The notes beneath the pieces were generated by a model. The model saw nothing but the letters and a program-made list of their open reading frames with translations, was not told where the DNA came from and ran no database searches. A stretch of 64,000 nucleotides of DNA from an uncultured Gammaproteobacteria bacterium (lineage in GTDB: Bacteria; Patescibacteriota; Microgenomatia; Levybacterales; UBA12049), in the NCBI GenBank assembly GCA_965230895.1, contig OZ246394.1, forward strand, positions 1,249,887 to 1,313,886. Direction: 5' to 3'. Below, piece after piece: positions 18,588 through 28,399 of this stretch (position 1 is its first letter; every line of letters begins with the position of its first letter). A program made the position numbers and the translations under genes.

Positions 18588-20354
18588 ATGATGAAGCGAT
18601 TGGTTTTCTTCTTTGCCTTATTATTCTCATTCATCTTTGTTCCACTTGCACATGCTGATGAAGGTTGGATTATAGATAATTTCCAAGCAGATATTGCTGT
18701 ACAAGAATCGGGTGAAGTCCGAGTTGTGGAAACCCTTGATGTTGATTTTAAAGATCTAGACAAGCATGGTATTTATCGTGATATTCCATTTGAGTACGAA
18801 TCCAATGGAGAACTGACATATACAAATATCGATATTGCTAGTGTCTTACAAGATGATAAAAAAGCGAAATACGATACCTCTGTTACTGACGGGTATATCA
18901 GAGTAAAGATCGGTGATCCAGATGAAACAATTTCTGGAAGGCATATCTATGTTATTACCTATACAGCAAGAGGTGTTTTGCGAGGATTTCAAGATCATGA
19001 CGAACTCTATTGGAATATAACCGGTAATCAATGGGGAGTTCCAATTTCTCACGTCGAAGCTGTCGTTACGCTCCCGAAAGAAGAAATAACTAGGATTACA
19101 TGCTTTGAAGGTTTTGCGGGTTCTACAGCAATTTGTGATGCCAAAAGAGAATCTTCTCAGCTTGCTCGATTTACAACATTTGGAGAATTAGGAGCTGGAC
19201 AAGGTTTGACAGTTGTTGTCGGTTATACAAGAGGAATTGTTCCCATACTTACAGTTGAGCGTCCAAAAACATTCTTTGAAAAGCTTATTGAATGGCCTTC
19301 TTTGGCCACAATTGCGATAATCCTTTTTGCCGGGATAGTGACTGTGTTATACCGTTGGTTCAGGCATGGTCGAGATTATTGGTTTGCTCAAAACATATTT
19401 GGAAAGAAAGGAGAACAAGGAAACCTCAAACCGATTGGGGCACATGAAACACTTACTGTTGAATTTACGCCGCCTGAAAAACTTCGTCCTGCAGAGATGG
19501 GTGTCTTGATGGATGAGCGGGCTGACACAAATGACGTTGTCGCGACAATTATTGATCTTGCGACTCGTGGCTACTTAACCATAACTGAAATCCCTAAAAA
19601 GTGGGTATTTGGAAAAGTTGACTATACACTTGCAAAGAAAGTAAAAGACGATAAGGATCTCCTTAACTATGAGAAAAAGTTGCTCCACAATCTCTTTAAA
19701 ACAGGCAACGAAGTTAAAATGTCTGATCTTAAAACTACTTTTTATGATGAGCTCCAGGAAGTAAAAAAAGAACTATACAAAGACGTAGTAGAAAAAGGGT
19801 TATTTCCTACTGATCCAGAAAAGGTTCGAGGAAATTATTTGGGAATTGGAATTGTGCTCACGATTGCCTGCTTCTTTGGCATATTTATTAGTATAGGAGC
19901 TGATCTTGTATTTGGAGCAGATATTGCATTGGGAGGCGTTGTTGTTGGTTTGTTACTTATGTTTATGTCTACACATATGCCAAGAAGAACAGCTTATGGT
20001 CGGGAGCTATATCGTCGTGTTCGTGGATATCAGTTATTTATTAATACTGCAGAAAAGCATCGTCAAGTTTTCTTTGAAAAGAGAAATATGTTTAACGAAG
20101 TTCTTCCATATGCGATTGCGTTTAGCTTGACTGAAAAGTTTGCAAAGCAGATGAAAAATATCGGTATTGAACCGAAGACAACAGGTTGGTATAGCGGTGT
20201 CCATCCAATTCATGCTGGGACATTTGGAGCAAGTATGAATAGTTTTTCAAATTCGATGTCTTCTGCCATTGCTTCAACTCCTTCAAGTAGTGGAGGGTTT
20301 TCTGGTGGTTCCTCGGGTGGAGGATTTGGTGGTGGAGGTGGTGGAAGCTGGTAA
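18588..20354 (+). CDS. DUF2207-family membrane protein with Gly-rich C-terminal tail
   Basis: Signal peptide, extracellular domain, TM helices, and the C-terminus SGGFSGGSSGGGFGGGGGGSW that is typical of DUF2207 proteins. Confidence 0.6.
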   Translation: MMKRLVFFFALLFSFIFVPLAHADEGWIIDNFQADIAVQESGEVRVVETLDVDFKDLDKHGIYRDIPFEYESNGELTYTNIDIASVLQDDKKAKYDTSVTDGYIRVKIGDPDETISGRHIYVITYTARGVLRGFQDHDELYWNITGNQWGVPISHVEAVVTLPKEEITRITCFEGFAGSTAICDAKRESSQLARFTTFGELGAGQGLTVVVGYTRGIVPILTVERPKTFFEKLIEWPSLATIAIILFAGIVTVLYRWFRHGRDYWFAQNIFGKKGEQGNLKPIGAHETLTVEFTPPEKLRPAEMGVLMDERADTNDVVATIIDLATRGYLTITEIPKKWVFGKVDYTLAKKVKDDKDLLNYEKKLLHNLFKTGNEVKMSDLKTTFYDELQEVKKELYKDVVEKGLFPTDPEKVRGNYLGIGIVLTIACFFGIFISIGADLVFGADIALGGVVVGLLLMFMSTHMPRRTAYGRELYRRVRGYQLFINTAEKHRQVFFEKRNMFNEVLPYAIAFSLTEKFAKQMKNIGIEPKTTGWYSGVHPIHAGTFGASMNSFSNSMSSAIASTPSSSGGFSGGSSGGGFGGGGGGSW

Positions 20355-20356
20355 GT

Positions 20357-20785
20357 ATGAAGCAGGGATTCGATTATCCGGGCGTAACAATTGTTTACTT
20401 CTGCCATGATGGCAAAGGCAATTTTATATTTGGAAAACGGACTGAAAATGCAAGAGATGAACAAGGTCGTTGGGATATTGGAGCAGGCGGTCTAGACTTC
20501 GGTCTGACAGTTGAGGAGACGCTTATAAAAGAGATTAAAGAGGAGTATTGTACTGATGTTCTGGAATATGAATTTTTAGGCTATCGAGATGTCCATCGAA
20601 ATCATGAAGGGAAGAAAACGCATTGGATTGCTTTGGATTTTAAAGTACTTATTGATCCGGAGAAGATTGGAGTGGGGGAGCCCCATAAGTTTTCTGCTGT
20701 CCGTATGTTCTCTTTGGATAAACTCCCTAATCCGTTACATTCCCAATTTCCTCATGCATTAAAGAAATACCGCCATAAGCTTTAA
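20357..20785 (+). CDS. NUDIX hydrolase
   Basis: GAGGLDFGLTVEETLIKEIKEE fits the NUDIX box GX5EX7REUXEEXGU. Confidence 0.6.
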   Translation: MKQGFDYPGVTIVYFCHDGKGNFIFGKRTENARDEQGRWDIGAGGLDFGLTVEETLIKEIKEEYCTDVLEYEFLGYRDVHRNHEGKKTHWIALDFKVLIDPEKIGVGEPHKFSAVRMFSLDKLPNPLHSQFPHALKKYRHKL

Positions 20786-23136
20786 AGGCTCAGGTGGAGT
20801 ATTTCCTGGAAGAATGGATTATACGTTACAAACATCTGCAGCAAGATTATAAAGATTATTGTACTGATCAAAAAGATATTGCCTCTTTTAATTGAATGCC
20901 ATCCAAAAGCAATAACGATAAGTAAATGAGAATAAATAATGCTATTAAAGATAATAGTTCGTGCCTGCTCAACCGGATATATGCCGAGAAGATAGTGATA
21001 AAAGAAGAACATAAATTCAGCAAGTGCTAATCCGATAAATCCAATCAAATAAAGTCGATCAAAGCTTAAGAGCTTTGAATTTGGATCTCTTGGCTTCATT
21101 GATAAGACACTTCTATCGCGACTTCCTGTTGCCAACGCAAGCGCAGGAATACTGTCCGTAATAAGGTTGATCCATAGAATTTGGGTAGGAAGTAAGGGTA
21201 GTGGCAAGTTAAAAAATGTTGCAAAGAAAACAAGGAGAATCTTTGCTAAGTTTCCTGAGATGAGGTAAAGAATTGCATTGACAATATTTTTATAGATAAT
21301 TCTTCCTTCTTCAACTGCTTTAACAAGTGTTGCGAAGTTATCATCAGCGAGAATGATGTCTGAAGCCTCTTTCGCTACATCTGTGCCAGTCTTACCCATA
21401 GAAACTCCTACATCGGCCTTCTTGAGTGCTAGAGCGTCATTGACACCATCTCCAGTTACTCCAACTATCATCCCTTGGTTCTGTAATAATGTTGCGATTC
21501 TCAGTTTTTGTTCAGGCTTAGTCCTCGCAAAAATTCTCGTTTTTAACAGAATAGAGGAAAGCTCCTCATCTGTTAGCTTTTCAAGCTCTTCACCTGTCAT
21601 CACATCTTCATCTTTGTCTATGAGGCTGACTTCTTTTGCCAGCGTTAAAGCAGTAAATTCATTGTCACCTGTAACCATGCTGACACGAATTCCTGCCGCA
21701 TGAGCTTTCTCTATAGCTTCTTTTGTTTCAAGTCGTGGAGGATCATACATCGCCATGAGGCCAAGAAAAATTAACTCTGATTCAAGACTCTCTCTCTTTT
21801 TATTTGCAATGTGTGTAGCCCGTTTATAGGCAAATCCAATTGTCCGAAGTCCAGCCTTGGCGAATGTCTCAAACTGCTTTGTAACTTTTGTACGCTCTGC
21901 ATCTGAAATTTTGCATTTTGCTAAAACAAACTCAGGTGCACCACGAACAAAAGCGTATTCGTGTTCCTCGTGATGCCAAAGTGTTGTAATTGTTTTTGTC
22001 TGAGAGTCAAAGACATATTCATCAAGAATTTTTCCGCCTTCTGTCTTGGCTAATGCTTCATGGTTTTTTGCCCAGGCGAGCATCGCTCCATCGGTTTGGT
22101 CTCCAATGATGTCGTATTCATTATTTGCTTTCTCGACAAGAGAAGCTGTATTTCCCAAGAGACACGATCGTACAAAAAAATGAAGAGAATCTTTATTAAG
22201 TAGCCATGTATCTCTCACTTTCATCTTGTTCTGGGTTATGGTTCCTGTTTTATCAGTGAGGATAATTTGAATAGCCCCAAGCGTTTCAATTGCAGCCATT
22301 TTTCGTACAATTGCATGCCTCTTTGCCATACGATTCGTTCCGACTGCAAATGCGATAGTAATGACAGCAGGAAGTCCTTCGGGAATGGCTGCTACGCCGA
22401 TTGTCCCAGCAACTAAAAGGAGCGGAATAAGCTCAGCATTGTGATATAAGCCAGCTGGGATAATGCTTAGTCCTGCAACAAGCGCAAAAACTGCAAGTAA
22501 CTTTGCCATATGATCAAAGCTTTTTTGCAATGGAGTCTTTTCCTCTTTAATTGAAGTTAATGTCTTTGCAATTTGGCCAAATTTGGTTTTCATGCCAATG
22601 CCTTCAATTACAGCAGTTCCTTTACCTTTCGTTATTAATGTCCCCCAATAAATACCCTCACTGAGATTCTTTACGACCGATAAAGATTCTCCAGTAAGAA
22701 TTGACTCATCAACCTCGAGATTGTCTGCATCTAAAAGCTTTCCATCTGCAGGTATTCGATCTCCTTCAGAAAGTATGATAATATCTCCTGGCACAATATC
22801 TTCTGCCAGAATCTGTGCTTCTTTCCCATCTCTTTTGACCCTTGCAATGGGTGCTGCGTACTGTTTAAGCTTCTCTAATGATTTTTCGGCTCTGTACTCT
22901 TGGATAAACCCAAAACAAGCATTAATAATAATTACTGCAAAGATAAATGAACCATCAATTCTATCCCCAATTGTAAAAAAGAACGCACCAGCTACTGCTA
23001 AAATTATATTAATTAGGGTAGGGAATTGCGCTAGAAATATTTTTAGTGCAGATGAAGTTGCGTGGGCAGAAATAACATTCTTTCCCAGTTTGCTTTGAAT
23101 TTCTTTCGCTTCGGAGGAGGACAGTCCGTGATCCAT
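20782..23136 (-). CDS. P-type cation-transporting ATPase (type II, Ca2+/Mg2+-like)
   Basis: DKTGTIT phosphorylation motif, TGDGVNDALALKKADVGVSMG hinge and TGES-like actuator region. About 8-10 TM helices. Confidence 0.9.
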   Translation of the reverse strand: MDHGLSSSEAKEIQSKLGKNVISAHATSSALKIFLAQFPTLINIILAVAGAFFFTIGDRIDGSFIFAVIIINACFGFIQEYRAEKSLEKLKQYAAPIARVKRDGKEAQILAEDIVPGDIIILSEGDRIPADGKLLDADNLEVDESILTGESLSVVKNLSEGIYWGTLITKGKGTAVIEGIGMKTKFGQIAKTLTSIKEEKTPLQKSFDHMAKLLAVFALVAGLSIIPAGLYHNAELIPLLLVAGTIGVAAIPEGLPAVITIAFAVGTNRMAKRHAIVRKMAAIETLGAIQIILTDKTGTITQNKMKVRDTWLLNKDSLHFFVRSCLLGNTASLVEKANNEYDIIGDQTDGAMLAWAKNHEALAKTEGGKILDEYVFDSQTKTITTLWHHEEHEYAFVRGAPEFVLAKCKISDAERTKVTKQFETFAKAGLRTIGFAYKRATHIANKKRESLESELIFLGLMAMYDPPRLETKEAIEKAHAAGIRVSMVTGDNEFTALTLAKEVSLIDKDEDVMTGEELEKLTDEELSSILLKTRIFARTKPEQKLRIATLLQNQGMIVGVTGDGVNDALALKKADVGVSMGKTGTDVAKEASDIILADDNFATLVKAVEEGRIIYKNIVNAILYLISGNLAKILLVFFATFFNLPLPLLPTQILWINLITDSIPALALATGSRDRSVLSMKPRDPNSKLLSFDRLYLIGFIGLALAEFMFFFYHYLLGIYPVEQARTIIFNSIIYSHLLIVIAFGWHSIKRGNIFLISTIIFIILLQMFVTYNPFFQEILHLSL

Positions 23137-23175
23137 CTATATACTAGTTTACCCAACCTTTCTAAAAAAACAAAA

Positions 23176-24741
23176 TTACTTATGTTCATGCCTGGGTCTG
23201 TATTGAAGAGATTCAGCTATATGATGTGGCTGGATATTTTCTAAACCTTCGAGATCTGCTATTGTTCGAGAAAGCTTTATCACTCTATAATATGCTCGAC
23301 CTGATAGCCCTAGCTTGCTGACAGCTGTTCTTAACAATTCTATGCATTCAGGAGAAAGGGGACAGAACTCCTTAATAGATTTGTTATTTAGCTCTGCATT
23401 TGAGGTTATAGCTGTTTCTTGGTACCGCTGCTCCTGGATATTTCTTGCCGTTTGCACTCGTGCTCTCACTGAAGCGGAGTTTTCCACATTTCCACTTTCT
23501 TGTTCAGTCAACTTTTCCACATTTACAGCAGGTATATCTAAATGCAGGTCAATTCGATCTAAAAGAGGGCCCGAAATGCGCTTCTTATACCTTGATATTT
23601 GTGATGGGGAACATGTGCATTGGTGTGTATTATCCCCAAGATATCCACATGGGCATGGATTCTGACTTGCAATGAGCATGCATTTGGCTGGAAAAGTAGT
23701 TTTCCCTTTAGCACGTGATATTGAAACTAACGCATCTTCAATTGGCTGACGTAAGCTTTCGAGAATTATTCGGGGAAACTCCGGGAATTCGTCAAGGAAA
23801 AGAACGCCTCTATGTGCCAACGTTATTTCTCCAGGGCGTGGATTTGATCCTCCACCGATGAGTCCAACAAGTGAAATGGTATGGTGCGGACTTCTAAATG
23901 GTCTTTGATAAATCATTGCGTCTTTGCCTAAAAGTCCTGCAGTACTGTATATTTTTGTTACTTCAAGCATCTCTTCAAAAGATAATCGAGGAAGAATTGA
24001 GGCAAGAGTTCGTGCAAGCAATGTTTTTCCTGCCCCAGGTGGTCCCTTGAAAAGCATATTGTGAGAGCCAGCAGCTGCTATCTCCAAAGCACGCTTCGCT
24101 TGTTGTTGACCTCGAACATCTTTTATATCGTGATCATAAACTTGCTCCGAAATAACTTCTTTAAAGTTTATTGATTGGCTCTTTTCCAGCGGTTGTTGTC
24201 CAGATAAATGAAAGAAGAGCTCTTTTAATGTTGGTACTGAAAGTATTGCAACATCATCGACAATAGCTGCTTCATTTGCGTTTTGCGCTGGTAGGAAAAA
24301 GTGGGTGAGTTTTTGTTGTCGTGCCATTAAAGCGTGGATAAGTGATCCGTTTATTGCTCGCACTCTGCCGTCAAGTGAAAGCTCTCCGCAGAAGAGGAAG
24401 GTCGAGACGTCAACCTGTAATTGGCCTGATGCTATTAAGATCCCTAAAGCAATTGGTAGATCATATGACGGTCCTTCTTTGGGAAGATCTGCGGGTGCTA
24501 AATTAACTGTAATTTTCCGAGCAGGAAAGTCTGCCCCAGAATTTCTAATTGCTGCCCTGACGCGTTCCTTTGCTTCTTCAACAGCTTTATCAGGAAGCCC
24601 TACTATTGTAAAAGATGGAAGACCCTGTGCGGCAATATCTACTTCAACTTCAATTGGAATTGAATCTAAACCAATAATCGCACCAGAAAATATTTTCGCT
24701 ATCACACTATTTATAATATACTTTTCTGCAAAACTTGACAA
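23176..24741 (-). CDS. comM: YifB/ComM family Mg-chelatase-like AAA+ ATPase
   Basis: N-terminal Lon-protease-like ChlI domain (VEVDIAAQGLPSFTIVGLPDKAVEEAKERV), an AAA core (LFKGPPGAGKT), and a C-terminal Mg-chelatase domain. TTG start per the ORF track. Confidence 0.85.
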   Translation of the reverse strand: MSSFAEKYIINSVIAKIFSGAIIGLDSIPIEVEVDIAAQGLPSFTIVGLPDKAVEEAKERVRAAIRNSGADFPARKITVNLAPADLPKEGPSYDLPIALGILIASGQLQVDVSTFLFCGELSLDGRVRAINGSLIHALMARQQKLTHFFLPAQNANEAAIVDDVAILSVPTLKELFFHLSGQQPLEKSQSINFKEVISEQVYDHDIKDVRGQQQAKRALEIAAAGSHNMLFKGPPGAGKTLLARTLASILPRLSFEEMLEVTKIYSTAGLLGKDAMIYQRPFRSPHHTISLVGLIGGGSNPRPGEITLAHRGVLFLDEFPEFPRIILESLRQPIEDALVSISRAKGKTTFPAKCMLIASQNPCPCGYLGDNTHQCTCSPSQISRYKKRISGPLLDRIDLHLDIPAVNVEKLTEQESGNVENSASVRARVQTARNIQEQRYQETAITSNAELNNKSIKEFCPLSPECIELLRTAVSKLGLSGRAYYRVIKLSRTIADLEGLENIQPHHIAESLQYRPRHEHK

Positions 24742-24937
24742 ACATTATTAAATAGTATTATTCTATAGGTGTTGATCGAATGCATAGATCTAACTAGCCA
24801 AAAAAGTTATATTCTAGATATTCATAACTTTTAAGGGACAAGTAAAACCGTTTATCCTTAAAAAAGATAAACAAAAAAGGAAGGTATAGAACGATAGAGT
24901 TCACAAAGTTTTATTGCTTTATATCATTTCAATAGAA

Positions 24938-24966
24938 AGATCTGCCTAAAAAACAGATCTTTTTAT
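24938..24966 (+). terminator. Intrinsic terminator-like hairpin (AGATCTG-cctaaaaaa-CAGATCT followed by TTTTTATTT) inside the comM/dnaG divergent spacer
   Basis: Perfect 7-bp stem, 9-nt loop and a T-run, read directly from the sequence. A sibling hairpin with a near-identical loop lies at 24850..24872. Confidence 0.4.
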
Positions 24967-25034
24967 TTGGGAAAAACGCCTCAATTTTAAAGCCCGCAAG
25001 ACATACCAATACTTCCGTGCTACAATAGCCTCGT

Positions 25035-26795
25035 ATGGACGAAGTTGCTCAAGTAAGAGAAAAAATAGATTTGGCTGCGCTTATTTCTGAATACGTTCCT
25101 CTCAAAAAAGCTGGACGTAACTTTAAATCTCCATGCCCATTCCATACAGAGAAAAGTCCTTCGTTTGTCGTTTCTCCAGAAAGACAGATCTGGCATTGTT
25201 TTGGTTGTGGTAAAGGTGGAGATTGTTATACGTTCCTTATGGAGTATGAACGATTAGAATTTCCCGAAGCACTACGGATGCTAGCAAAGCGGGTAGGTGT
25301 AGAATTGACAAACCGTGGTAAAAGATCCGAAACCACGTCCCAGAAAGAACGACTTTATCAAGCAAATAGTCTTGCAAAAGAGTTTTACCATTATGTTTTG
25401 ATGCAGCACAAAGTAGGGGAGAAGGCGAGAGAATATCTAAGGAATAGAGGTATAACTGAAGCTGTCATGAAAACCTTTATGCTAGGTTTTTCTCCGAGTA
25501 ATGGGAGAGCGCTGTCAGAATATTTGGTAGGGAAGAAAGGGTTTTCAAATGAAGAAATTGTTGCAGCAGGTTTAGCCTACCAACGTGGTCCGAAACCTCA
25601 AGATTTCTTTTGGGGGAGATTGATGTTTCCTTTAATTGATCATAGGGATAATGTAGTCGGATTCTCTGGGAGGATTTTAGATAATAATGATAAGACCTCT
25701 AAATATATTAATACAAGAGAGACGCTCATTTATCATAAAGGTGAACATTTCTATGGACTGTCTGTCACTAAAGATGCAATTCGCAGAACTGACCAAGCAA
25801 TTATTGTTGAAGGAGAATTTGATGTCATATCCTGTTTTGAAAATGGTATATCCAATGTTGTTGGGGTAAAAGGAACAGCTTTAACCGAGAATCAGGTGAA
25901 CTTGCTTGCACGTTTTGCCCAAAAGATTACATTTTGCTTTGATGGAGATAAAGCTGGACAAGAAGCAATTAAGCGGAGTCTGGCTGTTGTCGAGAAAAAG
26001 AATATAACTCCGACGGTTATTGAAATTCCAGGAGGTAAAGATCCTGATGAGGCGCTCAAGAATGAGCCTGGATTATTTAAAAAGGCTGTCAAGGAAGAAA
26101 GTGGCGTCTATGACTTCCTGTTCAAAAAAACCTTTGCTGCTTTCGATAATGAAAGCGCTGAAGGGAAAAAACAGATTTCGGATGCTTTATTGCCATTTTT
26201 AGTTGAGATAAAAAACGAGATTATTAAAGAACATTTTCTGAGGAAGTTGAGTTCAGATCTTGGAACTTCATATGAGAGTATTATTAAAGAGCTGAACAGA
26301 ATGCGTAGAAATGAAGCACCAAGAGTTGAAAAGGTTGAAGAGCCTAAATCGAGAAAGAATAAAGAGGAAGTGCTCGAGGAGTATCTATTTGCGCTGATAA
26401 TTCAGCATTCAACGCCAATTCATATGGCACAACACACTATGCAATCTCTTTCATTAGTCTTTGAAAAGGATCGTGTTTACCAAAAGCTTCTTTCTCTTTT
26501 AAGTAGCGCTTCTGCGGATGGGACGTTCTCATCTAAATCATTTGGAGACACGCTTCCTAAGGAATTATCGTCAAGTTTCGATACAAGCATCTTATATCCG
26601 CTGCCACCTTTTATCGAAGAAAAGCAACATACAGAAGAGATTCATGTTATTACAAAAAAGTTAAAACAGCTCTATGTCCAGAAGCATTTGAAGCAATTAG
26701 CCACGGAAATTCAAGAAAACGATGAAAAAGGAGAAGATACTGACGAATTAAAGAAACGATATTCAGAACTTTCTTCTCAGCTAGAAATAACTTGA
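25035..26795 (+). CDS. dnaG: DNA primase
   Basis: CPFHTEKSPSFVVSPERQIWHCFGCGKGGD is the CHC2 zinc finger. TOPRIM motifs (EGEFDV, DGDKAGQ) are present. TGCTACAAT lies 8 nt upstream of the ATG. Confidence 0.9.
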   Translation: MDEVAQVREKIDLAALISEYVPLKKAGRNFKSPCPFHTEKSPSFVVSPERQIWHCFGCGKGGDCYTFLMEYERLEFPEALRMLAKRVGVELTNRGKRSETTSQKERLYQANSLAKEFYHYVLMQHKVGEKAREYLRNRGITEAVMKTFMLGFSPSNGRALSEYLVGKKGFSNEEIVAAGLAYQRGPKPQDFFWGRLMFPLIDHRDNVVGFSGRILDNNDKTSKYINTRETLIYHKGEHFYGLSVTKDAIRRTDQAIIVEGEFDVISCFENGISNVVGVKGTALTENQVNLLARFAQKITFCFDGDKAGQEAIKRSLAVVEKKNITPTVIEIPGGKDPDEALKNEPGLFKKAVKEESGVYDFLFKKTFAAFDNESAEGKKQISDALLPFLVEIKNEIIKEHFLRKLSSDLGTSYESIIKELNRMRRNEAPRVEKVEEPKSRKNKEEVLEEYLFALIIQHSTPIHMAQHTMQSLSLVFEKDRVYQKLLSLLSSASADGTFSSKSFGDTLPKELSSSFDTSILYPLPPFIEEKQHTEEIHVITKKLKQLYVQKHLKQLATEIQENDEKGEDTDELKKRYSELSSQLEIT

Positions 26796-26901
26796 GAGAA
26801 GAGCTTGTAAATCATAAAAAAATAGAGTATTCTATGTATAACTTCTCAATTGAGAGTTAGAACTTCGAACCACATGATTGAACTGGGTTAAATGCCCCAG
26901 T

Positions 26902-26929
26902 TTGCATGCTTGCGTGAATGTGCTACAAT
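26902..26929 (+). promoter_or_regulatory. Sigma-70-type promoter of rpoD (TTGCAT-16 nt-TGcTACAAT)
   Basis: The hexamers and extended -10 were read directly. The -10 ends 7 nt before the ATG at 26937, consistent with a leaderless transcript. Confidence 0.45.
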
Positions 26930-26936
26930 ATACACT

Positions 26937-28019
26937 ATGTCCCTAAAGTTGTCACCACTATTAACTGATGTTGTTACCTCCGCCAAGAAACGCGGTTATA
27001 TTACACAAGATGAAATCTTAGGAATTTATTCAAAACCTGAAGATCATATTGAAGATCTAGACGCTCTCTACGATAAACTCATGCGTTCAAACATTGATGT
27101 GTTTGAATCAGTAGCTCAACAGCAAGATAATCAAAAACCAATTGAAGACCTTGAGAAAGAACTTGAAGCACTAACAGTTTTGACAGAAGGCTCAGTCAGT
27201 GATCCTGTCAGAATGTACCTTAAAGAAATTGGACGAATCCCACTTCTTAACTTTGATGAAGAAATCGAACTTGCAAAGAGAGTAGAGAATGGTGATGGCA
27301 GAGCAAAACAAAAGCTTATCAATTCTAATCTTCGTTTAGTAGTTTCCATTGCAAAGAAATATATTGGCCGCGGATTATCACTTTTGGATCTTATCCAAGA
27401 AGGTAACCAAGGTCTTATTCGTGCTGTTGAAAAATATGATTGGAGAAGAGGATTTAAGTTCTCAACTTACGCAACATGGTGGATTCGCCAATCTGTGACT
27501 CGTGCGATTGCTGATCAAGCTCGAACAATCCGTATTCCAGTTCATATGGTTGAAAATATCAACCGATTCCTCCGTTCACAAAGGCGATTGATGCAGGAAT
27601 TAGGTCGAGAGCCAACCCCAGAAGAAGTTGCAGCAGTACTTGGTATTGAACCAGATAAAGCACTTGAAATCATTAAGATCTCTCAAAATCCAGCTTCTTT
27701 GGAAGCCCCAGTTGGTGACGAAGAAGATTCACGACTTGGAGATTTCATTCATGATGTTTCGGCACCAACACTTTTTGATTCTGCTTCACGTGAATTATTA
27801 AAAGAACAAGTAGATCAAGTCCTCGGAACGCTCTCTGATCGTGAAAGAAGAGTCTTAAAAGAACGATTTGGTTTGGATGATGGTCGGCCAAAGACACTTG
27901 AAGAAGTTGGCCGTATGTTCCAAGTTACTCGCGAACGTATTCGTCAGATTGAAGCAAAAGCACTCCGAAAGCTTCGACATCCTTCACGCGGTAACAAACT
28001 TCGTGACTACCTCGTTTAG
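26937..28019 (+). CDS. rpoD: RNA polymerase primary sigma factor (sigma-70)
   Basis: Regions 2-4 are present ([37 protein letters not shown]; [30 protein letters not shown]). Start chosen at the ATG at 26937 (the track ORF begins at 26892). Adjacent to dnaG. Confidence 0.9.
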   Translation: MSLKLSPLLTDVVTSAKKRGYITQDEILGIYSKPEDHIEDLDALYDKLMRSNIDVFESVAQQQDNQKPIEDLEKELEALTVLTEGSVSDPVRMYLKEIGRIPLLNFDEEIELAKRVENGDGRAKQKLINSNLRLVVSIAKKYIGRGLSLLDLIQEGNQGLIRAVEKYDWRRGFKFSTYATWWIRQSVTRAIADQARTIRIPVHMVENINRFLRSQRRLMQELGREPTPEEVAAVLGIEPDKALEIIKISQNPASLEAPVGDEEDSRLGDFIHDVSAPTLFDSASRELLKEQVDQVLGTLSDRERRVLKERFGLDDGRPKTLEEVGRMFQVTRERIRQIEAKALRKLRHPSRGNKLRDYLV

Positions 28020-28399
28020 GTAAATCTTACTTTTTATTAGGTGAACCGCCTCTTGTTGGTCTATCATCCCTTCGCAGCATAGCTGGTGGCATGCTAGCCG
28101 CTGGTCCTTTTAGCTGCTTTGTCGGTTCAGCAGGGATATGTCCTGCCGATAAAACCTCCCAAGTTATAGCCATTTCTCGAGCTTTATCTCGTGGATACCC
28201 TTCTTTTTCCAATACAATTTGCTTTGTCCAAACGTGGTGAGGGATTCCTCTAAGTAACCGTTCCATGCCAGCATGATACTATGGGTTTAGCTAGAAGTCA
28301 AATGGATCAGCATTAGCAGAACATATTATCGTACAATATCTCGTTTAATTTTCTCATTGAAATTGTTTCTTCGGTATGGTTATATAGAGCTGATAGACA

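Noticed and set aside
28027-28266. 79-aa minus-strand ORF after rpoD
   Set aside because: No recognisable domain or conserved motif. Kept only as a remark within a finding, not as a feature.
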